NCBI GenBank assembly: GCA_963775405.1
Contig: CAVZJI010000050.1
Coordinates: forward strand, 8,748-72,747
DNA: 64,000 bases
Direction: 5' to 3'
Origin: an uncultured Alphaproteobacteria bacterium
GTDB taxonomy: Bacteria > Pseudomonadota > Alphaproteobacteria > Rhizobiales > Beijerinckiaceae
Shown here: positions 1 through 10,287 of the stretch, piece after piece
Position numbering within the stretch: position 1 is the first letter of the stretch
How the letters are laid out: every line of letters begins with the position of its first letter
Translations under genes and position numbers: made by a program
The notes under the pieces: generated by a model
Seen by the model: the letters and a program-made list of their open reading frames with translations, nothing else
The model's database searches: none
Told to the model about the DNA's origin: nothing

Positions 1-390
1 GCCCGCAGTGCCGATCGCCATCGCTTGCGCCCGGGTCAGTCCGGTCGGCAGCTTGACCAGCCAGTCGCCGTTCACCCGCGCCCTTTCGGCATAGCCGCCG
101 AAATGGGTCTCGCTGAGGCCATATCCAGTGAGCACGACCTCGTCGCCGGACGCAAAGTCCGACCGGCGCGAGCTCTCGACGATGCCGGCGAGATCGACGC
201 CGAGCACCATCGGAAAGCGGCGGATAATCGGCGATTTTCCGCTGAGCGCTAGCCCGTCCTTATAGTTGACGGTCGAATGGGTGACGCGGATCGTCACGTC
301 GCCCTCCATGAGTTCGGACTCGTCCATGTCGACGAATTGGACGCGGTGCCCGGCGTCGGTCTTGTCGGCGCGAACGGCGCGAAACGTCAT
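1..390 (-). CDS. acuI: YhdH/AcuI-family MDR oxidoreductase (acryloyl-CoA reductase-like), runs off the window edge
   Basis: Manual translation from ATG at 390: MTFRAVRADK...VTHSTVNYKDGLALSGKSPIIRRFPMVLGVDLAG...HFGGYAERARV...AMAIGTAG, which are YhdH family motifs; not in the ORF track. Confidence 0.85.
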   Translation of the reverse strand, partial: MTFRAVRADKTDAGHRVQFVDMDESELMEGDVTIRVTHSTVNYKDGLALSGKSPIIRRFPMVLGVDLAGIVESSRRSDFASGDEVVLTGYGLSETHFGGYAERARVNGDWLVKLPTGLTRAQAMAIGTAG

Positions 391-471
391 GGCCTCTGCC
401 CTTGAGTTGGCGATTGGAGAGCCGAAGTCTATGGGGGAGATTCCGGGCCGGTCAAATGGCTCGCGCGCAGC

Positions 472-1134
472 ATGGTTGAGGATGGAAAGCCGCCGATGCC
501 CGATCGAGAGAAGCCCGCGCGGATCGTGACAGCGCTCAAGGGCGCTGACGGCTTGATGCGATGCCCTTGGTCAGGCGTCGATCCGCTCTACGTCGCCTAT
601 CATGACGAGGAATGGGGCGTGCCTGAATACGACGATCAGGCGATGTTCGAGAAGCTCGTGCTCGACGGCTTCCAGGCCGGCCTCTCGTGGATCACCATCC
701 TGCGCAAGCGCCCGGCCTTCCGCAACGCGTTCGACGGCTTCGACCCCAAGACAATCGTCCGCTGGAGCGACAAGAAGAAGGAGGCGCTGATGCAGGATTC
801 CGGCATCGTTCGCAACCGCGCCAAGATCGAGGCGACAGTGGCGCTGGCCCGCATTGTTCTCGACTTTGCCGACAAGGGTGGCTTCGCACGCCATCTGTGG
901 AGTTTTGTAGATGGACGCCCGATCGATCACGCGCGGCGCAGCATGAAGGAGGTGCCGGTCGACAGCGACGCGTCGCGCGCCATCGCCAAGGATTTGCGGG
1001 CGCGTGGCGGCAATTTCGTCGGGCCGACCATTGTCTACGCCTTCATGCAGGCGACGGGCATGGTCAACGATCACCTGGTCGATTGCGGCCGTCACGAGGC
1101 TTGCCGGGCGCTGGCGCGCGATCTCCGCCCATGA
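472..1134 (+). CDS. tag: DNA-3-methyladenine glycosylase I
   Basis: RCPW, YHDEEWG, FQAGLSWITIL, IVRNRAKI, FVGPTIVYAFMQATGMVNDH motifs; exact start uncertain. Confidence 0.95.
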   Translation: MVEDGKPPMPDREKPARIVTALKGADGLMRCPWSGVDPLYVAYHDEEWGVPEYDDQAMFEKLVLDGFQAGLSWITILRKRPAFRNAFDGFDPKTIVRWSDKKKEALMQDSGIVRNRAKIEATVALARIVLDFADKGGFARHLWSFVDGRPIDHARRSMKEVPVDSDASRAIAKDLRARGGNFVGPTIVYAFMQATGMVNDHLVDCGRHEACRALARDLRP

Positions 1135-1745
1135 GCGAGAGCGCGCCGCGTCGCGCCTGGCAGCGGATGTTGTCGGGACGCCGGCTTGACCTCATCGATC
1201 CTTCGCCGCTCGACGTCGAGATCAGCGACATCGCCCATGGGTTAGCGCGTGTGGCGCGCTGGAACGGTCAGACGAAGGGGCCCGAGATCTTCTCTGTCGC
1301 GCAACATTCGCTCTTGGTGGAGGCTTTGTTCGCGGCGGGGGAAGCTCCCTCATCCCGCAAGGCGCGGCTGGCGGCGCTGCTGCATGACGCGCCCGAATAT
1401 GTGATCGGCGACATGATCTCGCCGTTCAAGGCGGCGGTTGGCGGCGATTACAAGCGGGTCGAGGCGCGCCTCAAGCGGGCGGTGCTCATCCGCTTCGGCC
1501 TGGCGGCCGAACTCCCGGATGATCTCGAGCGCGGCATCAAAGTCGCCGACCGCGCCTCGGCCTATATCGAGGCGACTGCGCTTGCCGGCTTCTCGGTTGC
1601 GGAAGCGCGCAAGCTGTTCGGCGAGCCCGGCCTTCCGGTGCATGACTTCGCTCGCTTCCTCGAGCCGGCCCGGCCTGCCGATGTTGAAGCACGATTTCTC
1701 GCGCGTTTCGCGGAACTCGACGCTGAGGCGCCCACAACCCTATAA
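1131..1745 (+). CDS. HD-domain hydrolase (YfbR/5'-deoxynucleotidase-like)
   Basis: RAWQRMLSGRRLDL, SVAQHS, LLHDAPEYVIGD; ATG overlaps the tag stop (ATGA). Confidence 0.9.
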   Translation: MSESAPRRAWQRMLSGRRLDLIDPSPLDVEISDIAHGLARVARWNGQTKGPEIFSVAQHSLLVEALFAAGEAPSSRKARLAALLHDAPEYVIGDMISPFKAAVGGDYKRVEARLKRAVLIRFGLAAELPDDLERGIKVADRASAYIEATALAGFSVAEARKLFGEPGLPVHDFARFLEPARPADVEARFLARFAELDAEAPTTL

Positions 1746-1769
1746 GGGCGCGACCGCAGGAACCGCTTC

Positions 1770-2282
1770 ATGCCTCGCCTTCATGTCTGTTCACTGGCTC
1801 TGATCGCCGAAACCGTCGATAAGACTGGCGCTCGCTCGCTTCTCACTCTGCTGAGCCCCGGCACAGAGGTCGAGCGGCCAACGGCGATCCATCCGGAGCG
1901 GCATCTCTATCTGGCCGTTTCTGACATCGTCGAGCCGATGGAGGGTCACGTCCTACCGGAGGCGGTCCACCTCGACGAGCTCTTGGCGTTTGTCCGCGCC
2001 TGGGACCGCGCGTCGCCACTGCTCATTCACTGTTTCGCTGGAGTCAGCCGTTCGACGGCAGCCGCCTATATCGCAGCTTGCGCGCTGGCGCCTGAGCGGG
2101 ATGAATTCACGATTGCACGCGCGCTGCGCGCGGCTTCCCCGACAGCTTCGCCCAACGCCCGTCTCGTGGCGCTGGGTGACGACGCGCTGGGACGGCGCGG
2201 ACGGATGAACGCCGCGATCGCCGAGATTGGCCGGGGCCGGGAATGCTCCGAAGGAGAGCCGTTCACCTTGGAGCTGAACTGA
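1770..2282 (+). CDS. Predicted protein tyrosine phosphatase family protein
   Basis: HCFAGVSRS CX5R P-loop. Confidence 0.9.
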   Translation: MPRLHVCSLALIAETVDKTGARSLLTLLSPGTEVERPTAIHPERHLYLAVSDIVEPMEGHVLPEAVHLDELLAFVRAWDRASPLLIHCFAGVSRSTAAAYIAACALAPERDEFTIARALRAASPTASPNARLVALGDDALGRRGRMNAAIAEIGRGRECSEGEPFTLELN

Positions 2283-2297
2283 CGGTCCTCGGTTGCT

Positions 2298-2708
2298 TCA
2301 GTTCTTGACCGCCTTGGCCATCGCCTCCTGCTCGGGTTGCGTCGGCGAGCCGAAGAACGCGGGGTCATTGTCCTTGCCGCCCAGCGCCCCATACGCATGC
2401 TCGCCGTCGGCGTCGAACAGCACGACGAACTTGTGTTCCGCGCAATCCGTCGGCTTGCACACAAATGAAATTTGATAGGGCTTGCCGTCGATGGTGACGC
2501 TCGTCATCTGGCCGGCGACGCCATCGAAGTTCCGGTTGAACTGTACAAGCCAGTCTGGAGTTGGCTGCACGAGCTTCATCAGTTTCTGCCACGAGGCGTG
2601 GTGCGACGTCTTGCCGTGCAGGGTGTCGAACAGGAACGCCGTCTCCGCCTCGGTCGCATTCGCGGCGCTAGTGAGAACGACGAGAGCGAGAGAAAGGCTT
2701 AGTCGCAT
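2298..2708 (-). CDS. ivy: Ivy-family (inhibitor of vertebrate lysozyme) periplasmic protein
   Basis: Signal peptide; PDW; CKPTDC loop resembling CKPHDC; VVLF..DG..AYG. Confidence 0.8.
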   Translation of the reverse strand: MRLSLSLALVVLTSAANATEAETAFLFDTLHGKTSHHASWQKLMKLVQPTPDWLVQFNRNFDGVAGQMTSVTIDGKPYQISFVCKPTDCAEHKFVVLFDADGEHAYGALGGKDNDPAFFGSPTQPEQEAMAKAVKN

Positions 2709-2797
2709 CTTGAAAAAGGGCCTGTTTGCTGTTGGGGGATGGGAAAGACCCTCGGGGAAGCCGCGGCGTCGCCAAATCGAGCGCCCGGCACGTGAGC

Positions 2798-3034
2798 CTA
2801 GAACGCCTTGAACGTTATGATGGTCCGCGTGTCGGCGATGCCTGGGATTATCTGTACCTTGTGGCCCACGAAGTGGCCGATATCGACATCAGATTCCACG
2901 TAAAATTTGGCCAGAATGTCATAGTCGCCGGCGATCGAATAGATTTCGGAGGCGATTTCCGCTTCCGCCAGCGCGCTGGCGACCTCGTAGGTGCGCCCGA
3001 GGGCGCATTTGATTTGGACGAAGAAGGTCTGCAT
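2798..3034 (-). CDS. Stand-alone Lrp/AsnC ligand-binding domain protein
   Basis: 78 aa MQTFFVQIKC...SEIYSIAGDYDILAKFY...TRTIITFKAF, no HTH. Confidence 0.85.
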   Translation of the reverse strand: MQTFFVQIKCALGRTYEVASALAEAEIASEIYSIAGDYDILAKFYVESDVDIGHFVGHKVQIIPGIADTRTIITFKAF

Positions 3035-3038
3035 CCGG

Positions 3039-4052
3039 TCACGGCCCTTGTTTGCCGCTCTCTTCTGCAACAACTTCGATGTCGCGGTCCATCCCTGTCT
3101 GAACCTGGAACGTCGATTGAAAGACCTTGAATTCGTGGCGCGCGATGACGACGTACTCGCCCTCGGCGAGCACGAGCGAGGGAAAAGCGCCGACCAGCTC
3201 GCGGATGACGTCGCCGCCGGGAGTGAGCACCGTGAAGGTCGTATTAGCAAGCGCCTCGGCCCCGGTCTTATTGACAAGCTTGAGCGTGAGCGTCGCGCAG
3301 CGATGACGAATCGTGACGTCGATCCGCTTGCCGGAGACGACTTTGATGTCGGCGTTGACCATCGAATTCGAGGGGGTCGCCGCAGGGGGGGCGAGCACGG
3401 CTGATTTCGAGGAATTGCCGGCGGCGCTCACTCCCGAGTGGGCGCCAACAGTGTCGAGATACGTCGAGACGATATGATAGGAACCTTCCGGTAGTCCAAT
3501 GATATCCCCTGCCTTCCCCTGCGCGTAAACCAGCTTGCCAAGCGGGTTGCGGTTCTGGGGCACGTAGATCGCAAGCGACAATTTGGACGGGTCGATCGGC
3601 GCGTCGGCCAGGGTGCCTTCGATCCGGAGCGCGCCCGCCGAAAGCGTTAGTCGTTCGGAGCGAACTTCTGCGCCGAGCGTCACGCGTTTGGCCGCGCTGG
3701 CGAGCCCGAAAGCGACATGAACGACATAGTCGCCGGGTGGTATAGTCAGAGTGGGCTGGGCCAGACCGGATTCAACGATCAAGGGATGCGAGCCGTCCGG
3801 ATCCGCTTGCGCCCCGAACACCCGCCAGCGCAGGCCGCCCATGAGCGACGCGCCGCCGCCGCTAAGAACTGCGGAAAGGCTGAGGGTCGCCTGGGCGGGT
3901 TCGCTCGTCGGCGTCTGCGCGCCGACCGGCGCGACCAACGCCATCAGCGCGACCAGAGTCGCCAGAATTCGCCATGCCGCTGTCAATCCGCCTCGCGTAG
4001 CCGAAAATTGAAGCCGATGCCTCGCCGCGCCAGCGCGCTCGTGACCCCACAT
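3039..4052 (-). CDS. Conserved exported hypothetical protein (repeated beta-sandwich-like units)
   Basis: Long ORF with signal-like segment and repeated PPGDYVV/PEGSYHI/AEGEYVV units; start uncertain. Confidence 0.7.
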   Translation of the reverse strand: MWGHERAGAARHRLQFSATRGGLTAAWRILATLVALMALVAPVGAQTPTSEPAQATLSLSAVLSGGGASLMGGLRWRVFGAQADPDGSHPLIVESGLAQPTLTIPPGDYVVHVAFGLASAAKRVTLGAEVRSERLTLSAGALRIEGTLADAPIDPSKLSLAIYVPQNRNPLGKLVYAQGKAGDIIGLPEGSYHIVSTYLDTVGAHSGVSAAGNSSKSAVLAPPAATPSNSMVNADIKVVSGKRIDVTIRHRCATLTLKLVNKTGAEALANTTFTVLTPGGDVIRELVGAFPSLVLAEGEYVVIARHEFKVFQSTFQVQTGMDRDIEVVAEESGKQGP

Positions 4053-4128
4053 TGAGGCGGATCGAAGGCGGTTTACACCTGTCGGGTTTTCGCCCAAGGA
4101 GCAGGCCCTCTTTCAAGAATATAGGCCG

Positions 4129-4698
4129 ATGAACGAGACAATCGAGATCCTCAAACGCCGTCGATCAGTTCCACCGCCGATGATGACCGGGCCGGCGCCG
4201 AGTGCTGACGAACTCGCCATAATCCTGACTGTCGCCTCGCGCGTGCCGGATCATGGCAAGCTCGCGCCTTGGCGCTTCCTGGTCTTTGCGGGTCGGGCGC
4301 GCGACCGCGCAAGCCGGCTTGCGCTTGAGATCCGCCTCGCCGACAGTCCTAGCCTGGACGAGGCTGCCCGCGCCGAGGAGTCGCGCCGCTTCGTGCGTGC
4401 GCCGATGGTCGTTGGGGTCGTATCGCGCGCTGCCCCGCACCCCAAGATTCCTGAATGGGAACAGGTTTTGTCCGCGGGCGCGGTGTGCATGAACATGATC
4501 GTCGCCGCCCGCGCGCTTGGTTTCTCGGCGACCTGGCTCACCGAGTGGATGGCGTATGACGGTCGATTTCGCGCCGCGATCGGCCTAGCCGAGCATGAGC
4601 GCGTCGCAGGCTTCATGCACATCGGGCGGACGACCGCGGCGATCGAGGATCGCCCGCGGCCGGCGCTCGCGCAGATTGTGACCAATTTTCCCGAGTGA
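4129..4698 (+). CDS. Nitroreductase family protein (YdjA-like)
   Basis: RRRSV, RVPDHGKLAPWRF, WLTEW motifs. Confidence 0.9.
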   Translation: MNETIEILKRRRSVPPPMMTGPAPSADELAIILTVASRVPDHGKLAPWRFLVFAGRARDRASRLALEIRLADSPSLDEAARAEESRRFVRAPMVVGVVSRAAPHPKIPEWEQVLSAGAVCMNMIVAARALGFSATWLTEWMAYDGRFRAAIGLAEHERVAGFMHIGRTTAAIEDRPRPALAQIVTNFPE

Positions 4699-4939
4699 AC
4701 CCCGAAGCAATGTTCGACGCGACTGCAGAGCGCGACTGTAGGATGTTGCGTCCGATCGGAGGGATCTCGACGCGCGCGACCAGCGATCGATTTCGCCCTC
4801 GCGCCTCCTCTCGTGATTCTCGCCATCCGACGCCCAGGGCGGGGGGAGAATCATGGAAGATGAAAGCGGACGTTGAGCCGAAGGTGGGTTGTCGTTAGGC
4901 TTGGCTGTTCGCAAGCCGCATTTGGAACGCCGAGACAAG

Positions 4940-6028
4940 ATGTCAGTCACAACAGTTACTCGCGATTATAGCCTTGTCGGTCCAGATGCCGAGCGGGCCG
5001 TCGCAGCTGGACTTGCCTCTGCCCGATGGTACACGCCGCCGATATCTCGGGCAGAGCTCAAACAGCTCATGCGTCGCGAGGACGGCCCGGCGATCCGGGA
5101 TACGCTTATTTGGATCGCGTCGTTCATCGTGTCCGGAGGTTTTGGCTATTACTTCTGGGGGAGCTGGGCCGCAGTTCCCTTCTTCATCGTTTACGGCGTG
5201 CTCTACGGGTCTTCGACGGACAGCCGCTGGCACGAGTGCGGCCATCGCACTGCGTTCAAGACGCAATGGATGAACGATGCGGTCTATCAGATCGCCTGCT
5301 TCATGATCATGCGCGAGCCAGAGATCTGGCGCTGGAGTCACACGCGCCACCACACCGATACGATCATCGTCGGGCGCGACCCCGAGATCATCACGCCGCG
5401 TCCGCCGGACGTTCGCTCTCTTCTGCTCAACATCTTCGCGCTGAAGAACACGGTCATCTTCTTTCAGAAGGTGTTTCTGCATGCAACCGGCCGGCTGACC
5501 GAGGAGGAGGCGACTTTCGTGCCTGAAGGCGAGCGGTCGAAGGTGTACTTCGTCGCTCGCATTTACCTCGCCATCTACGCCCTCGTCCTCGTCGCCTGTT
5601 TCGCTACCGGCTCGATCCTGCCGGCGATGTACGTCGGTCTGCCGACGCTCTACGGTGGATGGTTCGCGCTTTATTGCGGCGTCACGCAGCATCTGGGCCT
5701 CGCCGAGGACGTGCTCGATCATCGGCTGAATTCGCGCACCGTTTACATGAACCCGATCTTTCGGTTCCTCTATTGGAATATGAACTACCACGTGGAGCAC
5801 CACATTTTTCCAACCGTCCCCTATCACGCGCTGCCCAAGTTGCATGAGGCGATCAAGGCTGATTGCCCCACGCCCTATCCGAGCAGCATCGCTGCCTATC
5901 GCGAGATCATCCCGACGGTCCTGCGCCAGCTGAAGGAGCCAACCTATTTCGTCCGGCGCGAACTGCCGCCATCGGCGCAGCCCGAGGTGACCGCCACGCC
6001 GGCAAAGGCTGCGGGACGGCTGAAATGA
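4940..6028 (+). CDS. mocD: MocD-like membrane di-iron hydroxylase/fatty acid desaturase family
   Basis: His boxes HECGH, HTRHH, YHVEHH; RDYSL N-terminus; EDVLDHRLNSRT. Confidence 0.8.
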   Translation: MSVTTVTRDYSLVGPDAERAVAAGLASARWYTPPISRAELKQLMRREDGPAIRDTLIWIASFIVSGGFGYYFWGSWAAVPFFIVYGVLYGSSTDSRWHECGHRTAFKTQWMNDAVYQIACFMIMREPEIWRWSHTRHHTDTIIVGRDPEIITPRPPDVRSLLLNIFALKNTVIFFQKVFLHATGRLTEEEATFVPEGERSKVYFVARIYLAIYALVLVACFATGSILPAMYVGLPTLYGGWFALYCGVTQHLGLAEDVLDHRLNSRTVYMNPIFRFLYWNMNYHVEHHIFPTVPYHALPKLHEAIKADCPTPYPSSIAAYREIIPTVLRQLKEPTYFVRRELPPSAQPEVTATPAKAAGRLK

Positions 6029-6342
6029 GCGACACCTGGATCGACGCCGGTCCAGCCGACCGGATTTTGCCCGAGGACGTCGCGCCGTTCGAGCACGAAG
6101 GCAAGCAATACGCGCTCTACCGCACTGAAGACGACCGCTATTTTGCGACCGATGGCCTCTGCACGCATGAGGCAGTCGAGCTCGCCGACGGTTTCGTTCA
6201 GGACACGATCATCGAATGCCCGATGCACAACGGCCGATTCGACTTCACCACCGGTGAAGCAAAGGGCGCGCCGGCCTGCATCAACCTTGCGACCTATCCG
6301 GTAAAGGTCGAAGACGGCAGGCTGTTCGTTAAGCTCAGCTGA
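6025..6342 (+). CDS. mocE: MocE-like Rieske 2Fe-2S ferredoxin
   Basis: CTHE...CPMHNGRF Rieske ligands; ATGA overlap with mocD. Confidence 0.85.
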   Translation: MSDTWIDAGPADRILPEDVAPFEHEGKQYALYRTEDDRYFATDGLCTHEAVELADGFVQDTIIECPMHNGRFDFTTGEAKGAPACINLATYPVKVEDGRLFVKLS

Positions 6343-6451
6343 TCGCAACGCGAATCTCCGTCCGTCTGATGTCCGCGCATCGGCAGTGGCGCGACGCGTC
6401 GGCCGTTGCTATGGGGCAGGCTCGGCCCGCTTGAGCCGAGGAGGAAGCACG

Positions 6452-7210
6452 ATGAAACTCACTGGAGTTGCGGCGATCGTGACCGGCGGCGGCTCGGGAC
6501 TGGGCCGCGCCACGGCGGAGGCGCTCGCCGCCAAGGGCGCGCAAGTCGCGATCTTCGACCTCAATCCGGCCGCGGCGGCGGAGGCGGCCAAGGCGATTGG
6601 CGGCCTCGCGGTCACAGGCGATGTCGCGGATGAAGCCTCGGTCGACGCGGCGCTCGACAAAGCCGCAGCGGCGCACGGCCCCGCGCGGGTCCTCATCAAT
6701 TGCGCCGGAATCGGCGTGGCCAAACGGGTCGCCGGCCGAGATGGGCCTCATCCGCTGGCCGACTTCGAGAAAGTGGTCCGCGTCAACCTGATCGGGACCT
6801 TCAACATGATTCGGCTCGCAAGCGCGGCAATGAGCAAGCTTGAGCCGGTCGACGGCGAGCGCGGGGTCATCATTTCGACTTCCTCGATCGCGGCCTACGA
6901 CGGCCAGATCGGACAGGCCGCCTATTCCGCCTCCAAGGGCGGCGTGGTGGCGATGATGCTGCCGATCGCGCGCGAACTGGCGCAGTTCGGCGTCCGGGTG
7001 AACGCCATCGCGCCAGGCATCTTCATGACGCCGATGCTGTTCGGCCTGCCGCAGGCGGCGCAGGATTCGCTTGCCGCCTCGGTGCCGTTTCCGGCGCGCC
7101 TCGGCCAACCGGCCGAATACGCCGCGCTCGCCGTCCACATCGTCGAGAACGGCTACATCAACGGCGAGACGATCCGCATCGACGGCGCCCTGCGCATGGC
7201 GCCGAAGTAG
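6452..7210 (+). CDS. SDR, 3-hydroxyacyl-CoA dehydrogenase type II (HSD10-like)
   Basis: [34 protein letters not shown]; RBS GAGGAGG. Confidence 0.9.
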   Translation: MKLTGVAAIVTGGGSGLGRATAEALAAKGAQVAIFDLNPAAAAEAAKAIGGLAVTGDVADEASVDAALDKAAAAHGPARVLINCAGIGVAKRVAGRDGPHPLADFEKVVRVNLIGTFNMIRLASAAMSKLEPVDGERGVIISTSSIAAYDGQIGQAAYSASKGGVVAMMLPIARELAQFGVRVNAIAPGIFMTPMLFGLPQAAQDSLAASVPFPARLGQPAEYAALAVHIVENGYINGETIRIDGALRMAPK

Positions 7211-7294
7211 GCGGACCCGACGCGCCCGGCGCCCCCGCCATGGAGACAACCCGGCGGGGTCTTCGTTCGAATAGGTTCAGCAAAGGAAAATAAA

Positions 7295-7594
7295 AGCTTT
7301 CCGCCCCCGAACGGCGGGCCTTAGCCGTCGTGCTGTCGAGGGCTTGACCATCACCGGGATCAGAGTGCACGAGCGCTTCAAACAGCCGTCGCCAAGCCCC
7401 TCGGATCGTCCAGCGGAGGGAACCGATCGTAGGTCGTGGGCGAACCGTAGAGGGACGGGCAATCCTGCCACCAGTGTCCGGTCTTCAGAGAAGATGAACG
7501 TTCCGCTGACCACCCGCCGGTCGGCCGTCTGCGCGCTCCCGGTTGGTTCTCCGAAAGATGCGGTTCGACCGGCCCAACTGCGCCTCGTTCAGCC
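7295..7594 (-). pseudogene. Degenerate IS5-family transposase orfA remnant
   Basis: Frameshifted minus-strand pieces LNEAQ..EPHL..NQPGARR / DRRVVSG / KTGHWWQDCPSLYGSPTT / FEALV..DSTTAKA. Confidence 0.7.
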
Positions 7595-8157
7595 TAGGCG
7601 TTCAACAAGATCTTCGCCGAGCTGGCGGGCAAGGGCGGCAAGGCTGAGCGGATCATGATCGACGCCACGCATCTGAAGGCGCATCGCACCGCCGCCAGCC
7701 TTTTAAAAAAGGGCCTGTTCCCCGAGGTATCGGACGCACGAAAGGGGGCTTGAACTCCAAACTTCACGCGGTTTGCGACGGCAAAGGTCGACCGCTCGTG
7801 ATGTTGCTCAGCGAAGGCCAGATGAGCGACTTCAAGGGCGCGGCGTTGATGCTGCCCGCCATGCCTAGAGCCAAGGAGCTTCTCGCCGGCAAGGGCTATG
7901 ACGCCGATTGGTTCCGTGAGGCGCTCGCGAACCGCAAAATCGCCGCCTGCATCCCCTCAAAATCCAATCGCAAAGCCCCGATCCCCCACGACGCCGTCCT
8001 CCACAAACAGCGCCGCAGAATCGAGACCATGTTCGGCAGGCTCAAGGACTGGAGACGCCTCCACACCCGATACGACCGTTGCGCCCACGCCTACTTCTCC
8101 GCAATCTGCATCGCCGCAGCCGTCATCTTCTGGCCGTGATCAATGAGTTCCTCAGCC
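7595..8157 (+). mobile_element. 5'-truncated IS5-family (IS427-like) element
   Basis: IMIDATHLKAHRTAAS, slippery TTTTAAAAAAGGG at 7701-7713, orfB LNSKLHAVCD...IETMFGRLKDWRR..TRYDRC; putative right end GAGTTCCTCAGCC then TA; DKGYD appears as GKGYD. Confidence 0.9.
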
Positions 8158-8266
8158 TAAATTCCCCGGTCATGATTTAAGCTTCATCCCCGATTCGGCT
8201 TGAATCATAACTCTGATTATTCCCTCAACATTTTGATGAGTTTGGAGCAGCACTATGACTTCGCGC

Positions 8267-9878
8267 TCAATACGGGTACGAGTAGGCCCCAGCAGTATGA
8301 GAAGCGGCCCGAGCAACGCCAAGGATGTCGACGGTTGGCGCGCCTGTCGCTGTGCCTGCGCCGATCGCCACAGATCCCGACTTCAGCACCAACAAAAAGT
8401 TCAACGCCGCAGGATTCCACGCCTGGAACTGGCTCGCGTAGGGCTTCGAGGGCGCAACTGTCACGTTGCCATTCGTATCTGTCCCAGCAGGCTCGCCGAA
8501 GACCCACTTACCCCCCGCCACATGAATAAAGCTCTGAGTGCTATTAACGTCGAGCGCGACGTTGTGGTCGTAGGTGACGTTTACGTCTGACAAGCCGCCG
8601 ATGGTGTAGTGGTCAGCGAGGTTGTTCGCGAACCTGACGTTCGTGCTGGGCGGCCCTTCGTGGGTAGCGCCGCCACCGACAATCGCGGCCGAACAGCCTG
8701 GGGATGCGACGAGGCCGTCTTCAAGACCCGTGTTGTTGGCGATCAGGCTGTTGTGGAGACTGAACAGTGCAATCGCATAGCAAGAACTGGTGACGATGAC
8801 GTTGTTGGTCACGGTCATGTTCGTCCAGTCCGAGTCGAAGGCGTCGATGCCCTGCAGATAAGTCGGGAATGAAAGCTCGGGGTCCGTCTGCCGGATGACC
8901 AGATTGCTATCGATCAGGATGTTCTGCAAATGGTTCACAGTGGCGCCCGTCGGCAGGACGCCTACCACGCCCTGCATGGCGTCCTCATGATTGCCGTCGC
9001 CGACGTCCAGATTGTCGTGGAGGTCGTTATGGGTGATCGCGAGATTACTCGCTGCATAGTCAATGCCATCGTCGCCAAAATGGTCGATCTCGTTGTTGGA
9101 GAAGAGGAGTTTAGCGGCGAAAAGCCCGGCGCCGGTCCTCACATTGCTGATATGCGATCCGGTCAACGATATGCAATTTGTATACGCGCCGCCCGCGCTG
9201 CTCTGGGCCCAGAACCCGTTGCGCGCGTTTGCGACCCACTGGCCTCGGCTCCAGGCCTCGGCGTCGTCCAGGGACGAGATGGTCATATTCTCAAACACAA
9301 TGTCGGATGTCGGATGAGTCGCCCCCCCGTCTTTGATCTCGACCAGAGCGTTGCCACTGAGAGCAGCGGGTTCGAGACTTTGCACCTTGAGCCCATTGAA
9401 CACCCATTCGTTGGTGGCGGCGACCAAAAGCGAAGTTAGGACGGGCGTCTGCCCCGGCGCCGGTTCAATCGTTATAAAAGCGGAGTTCGAAATCTCCGCA
9501 CCGACAACGTTGATCCAGAGGTTGCCGTAGTTTCCGCTCATGAGCAGGATTTCATCGCCGGGCGCGATCGGGCCTGCCTTTGGACCCGCGGCCACAACCG
9601 CGGGTTGCCCGGGGACCGGAACCTGACGATAAGGGGCGGTTGTCAAAAGCGGGAAAGAGTAGCCGGCCTCCGCTTGAACTAACGCCTGGAGGTTGTTCCA
9701 TGGGTGGGCCTGGGAACCATTGCCGCCGGCCAGCCTGGGTCTTTCCGTGCACCGGATCAAAGTACCAGACATTTCTGAACGTCGACGGCGGAGCCGCGCA
9801 GCCACTATACACTTGGGCAGCACGTACAGGAACGGCGAAGGAGAGCAACAAAATCACAACATAGCCGAGTGTCTTCAT
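8267..9878 (-). CDS. Secreted right-handed beta-helix (pectin lyase-like) protein, one frameshift near 9730
   Basis: Signal peptide in ORF 9552-9878 joins GNGSQAHPW in ORF 8267-9823; Asn-ladder repeats; DGNHEDAMQG; C-terminal LKSGSVAIGAG...DILG..R...GAY. Confidence 0.75.
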
Positions 9879-10287
9879 CGAAAAGCCCCCGTTACCTAAA
9901 CAATCAGGGTGTGTATAATACCCTCATCCAGCAATATCATGGCTCCTCTATGCTTTCAATCAACAATATTGTCTACCATAGATAGTTGGGGAACGGCGGG
10001 CTGGCTCAATCGCGGAGGACGCGACTTGGTCGGAAATTGACTGGGAACGCCAGAAGATCAAGCGACGTCGCCGCCTCGCCATTCACGCGCTTAAGGGCAG
10101 CCGACATCCACGGGGATCGAGACAGGCGCGGCGCGGCTCACGAACGGCCGCGAGCTACCGGTGTCACAGTTTCGCAGGCGACCAGGCTGCCACCCGCGAT
10201 TGCACATGGCGTTCGGGGACGCGTCTCAACCTGCCTTTGGGCGGCGGCCTGTCGAACCTTGGGTTCAGCCGCCGCCGCGTAAGCCGA

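Noticed and set aside
472-2282. tag-HD-PTP as a novel defence or nucleotide system
   Set aside because: To my knowledge this is a commonly conserved Hyphomicrobiales housekeeping arrangement
2798-3034. AsnC-domain protein as the missing acdR
   Set aside because: No HTH domain and 33 kb away from acdS
9986-10285. Possible ORF or RNA between the beta-helix gene and epsD
   Set aside because: No recognisable motif, RBS or convincing structure
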